A stretch of DNA of 64,000 nucleotides from Bacteroidales bacterium (lineage in GTDB: Bacteria > Bacteroidota > Bacteroidia > Bacteroidales > UBA12077), in contig JANQHR010000034.1 of assembly GCA_028282585.1 (NCBI GenBank), forward strand, positions 1 through 64,000. The letters run 5' to 3'. The position numbers and the translations under genes were made by a program. Below the pieces are notes generated by a model that saw nothing but the letters and a program-made list of their open reading frames with translations, had not been told where the DNA came from and searched no databases. Positions 59,697 to 64,000 of this stretch are shown in pieces. Numbering within the stretch: the first letter of the stretch is position 1; each line of letters opens with the position of its first letter.

Positions 59697-60224
59697 TTAT
59701 TCGATAAGTTTATTATCTCTTCTGAAAATTTCCAGTATTCTGTTATCATTTCGTTTGTCGGGGATTGAACTTGCTTCAGTTGGATATCCAATGTTAATAG
59801 TTAAATCGATTTCATTATTGTGAGAAAAAAAGATTGATTCAGTTAGAAGCCAGTCACAACTCATAGATGATAGCGGAGTCCAAAAATACGCAGTATATAT
59901 AAGCTCATTATTAGCTTTTACTGCAAATGCCAAACCATCTAAAGGAACCTCTAAATTTCTTAGGGCTTGCTGAGCATTTTCTGATATTATATACGTATAA
60001 GATTTTTTATTATATGAAATTATATCAGCGTAACCGATAAGTGGAGTTGATTCCGTAATAACATCACTTTCGTTTATTTCAAATGAGTTTCCAACTTTTT
60101 TATAAGAATCAATTAAGTATATATTTACGCCACCAATAATCTCATCAGGTTCATCATCATTCTCACAAGAGGTAAAGGAAAGAACAATTAAAGTTACTAG
60201 TAAGGTTGAAAATAAGTTTCTCAT
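59697..60224 (-). CDS. Hypothetical lipoprotein
   Basis: FTSC lipobox followed by acidic ENDDE. Confidence 0.7.
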   Translation of the reverse strand: MRNLFSTLLVTLIVLSFTSCENDDEPDEIIGGVNIYLIDSYKKVGNSFEINESDVITESTPLIGYADIISYNKKSYTYIISENAQQALRNLEVPLDGLAFAVKANNELIYTAYFWTPLSSMSCDWLLTESIFFSHNNEIDLTINIGYPTEASSIPDKRNDNRILEIFRRDNKLIE

Positions 60225-60307
60225 ATGTCCAATTTTTAGGGTTATTATTAGGAAAGATGAGAATAATCCTTGTAAGGTTGCTAGTGCTTTATTTAAAATG
60301 ATAAATA

Positions 60308-60865
60308 TCAGTAAGATATTAAATATAACATATTATCTTCTACCAAATACATCATGGGAGCAATCATTATTTTGGGATATAGCTTTTGAAGGCGCTTAGT
60401 TTCTTTCAGAATAAAAGCTACCTCATTCCCAATTTCAGATTCTGGCGACTCATTATTAAACTGCTTTTCAGCTTGTTGTATGCTCCAGCCTGCATTTTTA
60501 ACCAAACCTTGAATAAATTGATCTTTTCTTTGAATTAGGTTTGACATTCCACATTGATTATGACCAATTAAAGCCATATGTTGAATGTTCCCCAACGCAA
60601 TAGCATATGAAATTTTAAATTCGTTATATTTCATATTTGCACCACCCGCACGAACTACAAAAGCAAATTTCCCTGGAATGCGCAATTGTATTCGATTATC
60701 AATGCATGTCCCAATAAGTAATTCTGGCTTATTAATTTCATCCAACGGTTTTTCGAAATTATGGTACTCCAATAGCTTGGCAATTGGAGTTTGCCGGTAT
60801 TGAGAAGGAATGTCCTTAGATGATATAATTGATGTTGTATTTGGCATAGTAAAAAAACAAATCAC
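60308..60865 (-). CDS. Beta-class carbonic anhydrase-like protein
   Basis: CIDNR and HNQCG zinc ligands, VRAGG; start may be the Met at 60847. Confidence 0.85.
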   Translation of the reverse strand: MICFFTMPNTTSIISSKDIPSQYRQTPIAKLLEYHNFEKPLDEINKPELLIGTCIDNRIQLRIPGKFAFVVRAGGANMKYNEFKISYAIALGNIQHMALIGHNQCGMSNLIQRKDQFIQGLVKNAGWSIQQAEKQFNNESPESEIGNEVAFILKETKRLQKLYPKIMIAPMMYLVEDNMLYLISY

Positions 60866-60932
60866 ATAATAAGTTGTTCGTAAAATTAATTGAAAAAAGG
60901 GTGTTTTTATTGTTTGGTTATATCCGAACCAT

Positions 60933-61931
60933 TTAATTATTATTAAGATTTAATTCAAAATGAAATAAAAGTGTTTTTTGATTCTTACTCCGATCACCAT
61001 TATCATCAGTAATTAATAGTAAATATTCTTTTCCATTAATAGAATATGAAGCTATGCCTTCAAAATTATCTAATAATCTTGATTTAGGTGTAGTAATTAT
61101 TTCATCGGGTATAATAGTTCGAGAATTTAAATCCTTCTTTTTAATTAAGCTTAATCTAAATGTAGTTTCACCATCATATGTTTTTTCCAGAATTATAATA
61201 TCTCCAGATTGCAAAGTAGTGGCACCTTTGATATCTTCTAAACTGGCAATGTAATTCATTTTTTTAATTGAGTCTGTTTCAGGATTCAGCAGCCAGGCTT
61301 CTCTGGACTCTTGACCTATGTTTTTTTCATAAATTGCTAATAAATGATTCTCTTGGGTAAGAGTTAAAGCTTCTATACCAGCATTATGTCTTTTGGGGAA
61401 ATTATCTAATTCAAAGGTTTTTAAAGGATTACATCGTTTTTCACCGCTTTTTATGCAATTTATATCATATGAGAATAGTTTATTATCTTCATCAAATGAA
61501 ATATATAAAATGTTATGATTCCATGCTAATGATTCAATTTCACCTGAAATTACCTCTCTTTCAAAATCTAAGAATTGTCCTTTTTTATCTATATTGGCAT
61601 TTATTAAATTTTGATTTTCATCATAGCAAAGATCAAACCGAAACCAGCAAGATCGATTTTCTTTATTAAAATTTTGTTTGGAACTATAATCCGAAATGGC
61701 AACTATTTTTTTTCCATCATTTGATACCCAAAGAGCAGATAAGCCTCCAAATTTAACTTTATCGTTAGCTTCAAGAACTAAACCTCCTTTATAAGTAATC
61801 TGCGTATTGGATAGTCCTTTATAAATGCTATGAGAGTTGTTTTCCACATTCCATTTTGATGATTGAATGTTTTGACCGGATAGAGTAACTGTAAAAAAAA
61901 GAAAAAAAATTATCAAATCTACTTTTCTCAT
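60933..61931 (-). CDS. Secreted 'esterase-like activity of phytase' propeller protein
   Basis: FGGLSAL, AISD, NAGIEALT, DNFEGIA, ITDDN. Confidence 0.8.
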   Translation of the reverse strand: MRKVDLIIFFLFFTVTLSGQNIQSSKWNVENNSHSIYKGLSNTQITYKGGLVLEANDKVKFGGLSALWVSNDGKKIVAISDYSSKQNFNKENRSCWFRFDLCYDENQNLINANIDKKGQFLDFEREVISGEIESLAWNHNILYISFDEDNKLFSYDINCIKSGEKRCNPLKTFELDNFPKRHNAGIEALTLTQENHLLAIYEKNIGQESREAWLLNPETDSIKKMNYIASLEDIKGATTLQSGDIIILEKTYDGETTFRLSLIKKKDLNSRTIIPDEIITTPKSRLLDNFEGIASYSINGKEYLLLITDDNGDRSKNQKTLLFHFELNLNNN

Positions 61932-61988
61932 AATTCGAATTTTAGATTAATATAGGTTTATAAATCCCCTTTTCAAAAGGAGAAAATT

Positions 61989-62888
61989 TTAAGGTACGTT
62001 TTTTCCGGTTGAGGCAATATAAATCCTAAACCATTGTTCTAAAGTCATTTTAATATTTAAGGTATCAACTGCATTTTTAATGCGTTCAATATGTCTGGAG
62101 CCAACAATAGGTAAAATTCCAACGGGATGATTTAATAACCAGGCATAAATTACTTTATCAACGGACTCAATGTTTAGTTCTTCTGCAATATCCGATAAAA
62201 CCTTATGAATTCGTTGTGATTTTTCATCTGAAAGTTCTAGTATTTTTCCTCCCGCCAAGGGTGACCAGGCCATTGGTTTAATATTTTCTTTAAAGAAAAA
62301 ATCCAAATTACCATTTTCAAAATTATCTAAGCAGTACGGCGATATTTCTACTTGATTAGTTACTAAATCTTCATCTGTAAAAGAGTTCAGCATTTCAAAC
62401 TGTAAAGGACTAAAATTTGACACGCCACAATGCAGTACTTTTCCACTTATTTTTAAATATGAAAATGCTCTTGCTACTTCTTCTGGATTAAAAAATGGAG
62501 ATGGACGATGCAATAGCAATAAATCGATATAATCCGTTCGCAGGTTTTTTAATGAATTATCAACAGATTGAATTATATGATCGTAACTATAATCATAATA
62601 TTTTATTTTTCTTTCAGGGAGCTTATTGGAAACCAACTTAATTCCACATTTTGTAATGATCTGAATTTTCTTTCTTAATTCTTTCTTTAGATTCAAAGCA
62701 TCACCAAATAATACTTCGCAAGTGTAATCGCCATAAATATCTGCATGGTCAAAGCTGGTTATTCCAAGCTCAATGGTTTGTTCTGTTAACTTCAATAATT
62801 TTTGTGAAGATAATTTCCATTCATGTAAACGCCAATGCCCATGGATTATTCTGGATAATTCCAATCCTCCTTTAAGTTTGGTTTTCAT
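61989..62888 (-). CDS. Aldo/keto reductase (YdhF-like)
   Basis: FDHADIYG, TKCGI, LLLHRP, GVSNF, AWSPLAGG. Confidence 0.93.
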   Translation of the reverse strand: MKTKLKGGLELSRIIHGHWRLHEWKLSSQKLLKLTEQTIELGITSFDHADIYGDYTCEVLFGDALNLKKELRKKIQIITKCGIKLVSNKLPERKIKYYDYSYDHIIQSVDNSLKNLRTDYIDLLLLHRPSPFFNPEEVARAFSYLKISGKVLHCGVSNFSPLQFEMLNSFTDEDLVTNQVEISPYCLDNFENGNLDFFFKENIKPMAWSPLAGGKILELSDEKSQRIHKVLSDIAEELNIESVDKVIYAWLLNHPVGILPIVGSRHIERIKNAVDTLNIKMTLEQWFRIYIASTGKNVP

Positions 62889-62937
62889 TGTAATTAGCTT
62901 TAAGAAACTAAATATACAAATGGTTTACCGAAAATAA

Positions 62938-62963
62938 AAAAGCTGCCTTTACGGGCAGCCTTT
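62938..62963 (-). terminator. Intrinsic terminator
   Basis: AAAAGCTGCC-TTTACG-GGCAGCCTTT. Confidence 0.7.
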
Positions 62964-62981
62964 CAATTATTGTTTTGGGTA

Positions 62982-64000
62982 TTAACAACCATATCGGTCG
63001 ATTATTTCTTGTTTGGTTTTTCCTAGAATTTCGTACTTTTTGCCAACCTGAATAAAGGCATCCAATGCTTTTTCAAGGTGATGCATTTCATGTCCTGCAG
63101 ATATTTGAGTTCTGATTCTGGCAGCACCTTGTGGTACCACAGGGAAGAAGAATCCAATTGCATATATGCCCAGATCAAATAAATCACGAGAAAAATCTTG
63201 CGATAATTTTGCATTAAATAGCATTACCGATACAATAGGAGTGTCTCCATCCTTTAATATAAATCCTGCATCAGTTAAACCATCGCGCCAGAATTTGGTA
63301 TTTGCTTCAAGTTTATCTCTGCGTTCCGTGCTTTTTGATAAAATGTCCAATACTCTTAAAACTCCACTAACAACAACAGGGGCAATGGTATTCGAAAATA
63401 AATACGGACGTGCTTTTTGACGACACATCTCGACAATTTCTTTTCGACCGGAAACACAACCACCAGATGCTCCACCCAATGCTTTACCGAATGTTGTGGT
63501 TATAATATCAATTTTTCCCATTACTCCACATTTCTCATGTGTGCCGCGGCCTGTTTTTCCGATAAATCCAGTAGAATGAGAATCGTCAACAAATAACAAT
63601 GCATCATATTTTTCGCAAAGAGCAGCCATTTCGTCTAATTTAGCTGTATCTCCATCCATAGAGTAAACTCCGTCATTAATTACAACTTTTAACCGTTTAT
63701 TTGCATGTAGTTGCAATTTCTTTTCCAGATGTTCCATATTGGAATGTTTAAAAGTATCATGCTGTGCAGGGCATAAACGCATGCCATCAATTATTGAAGC
63801 ATGAACCAATCGATCAGAAATCATAACATCCTCGCTGGTTAAAATAGCTTCAAATACACCCGCATTTGCATCCATACATGACGGAAATAGAATAGTGTCT
63901 TCAGTTCCCAAGAATTCACTTACTTTATTTTCAAGTTCACGGTGAATATCCTGAGTTCCACAAATAAAACGTACTGAAGACATTCCATAACCCCTTGAAT
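62982..64000 (-). CDS. kbl: Second Kbl-like glycine C-acetyltransferase (5'-truncated by window edge)
   Basis: GYGMSSVRFICGTQ, TTFGKALGG, KARPYLFSN, RIRTQISAGH. Confidence 0.88.
   Translation of the reverse strand, partial: SRGYGMSSVRFICGTQDIHRELENKVSEFLGTEDTILFPSCMDANAGVFEAILTSEDVMISDRLVHASIIDGMRLCPAQHDTFKHSNMEHLEKKLQLHANKRLKVVINDGVYSMDGDTAKLDEMAALCEKYDALLFVDDSHSTGFIGKTGRGTHEKCGVMGKIDIITTTFGKALGGASGGCVSGRKEIVEMCRQKARPYLFSNTIAPVVVSGVLRVLDILSKSTERRDKLEANTKFWRDGLTDAGFILKDGDTPIVSVMLFNAKLSQDFSRDLFDLGIYAIGFFFPVVPQGAARIRTQISAGHEMHHLEKALDAFIQVGKKYEILGKTKQEIIDRYGC

Noticed and set aside
1342-63420. Many 60-130 aa ORFs overlapping long genes (e.g. 9662-10060, 30335-30724, 35394-35702)
   Set aside because: Antisense or alternate-frame shadows of well-supported genes, with no motifs

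Overview
AT-rich bacterial chromosome segment, most likely Bacteroidota (Bacteroidales-like): it has a PorZ gene next to recO, TAnnTTTG -7 promoter boxes and many lipoproteins. About 32-64 kb is mostly ordinary housekeeping, envelope-stress and signalling genes (PspC/PadR, adenylate cyclase-HD, rdgB, porZ, recO, GH3, dNK, two kbl, mqo, LytS/LytTR). The left half is an accessory region downstream of a minus-strand tRNA-Gln(TTG) at 31888-31960. Main observation: 16.6-31.7 kb is an array of co-oriented, unrelated one- or two-gene units, each bounded by GTT...AAC-type inverted ends and separated by about 75-190 bp imperfect-palindrome spacers. This matches integron cassette/attC architecture, but no integrase lies in the window. 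The array is headed by three related copies of a tRNA-downstream leader ending in an attI-like site. One cassette has compensatory GTC/GAC ends, several spacers carry a -7 promoter box, and two unrelated cassette genes share the same first 9 codons. A second candidate system is the three-gene operon at 7.3-12.3 kb: an expanded Cys-rich UDG-fold protein, a cPLA2/patatin phospholipase and a lipase-like hydrolase. All calls come from motif reading by eye; no searches or folding programs were run.
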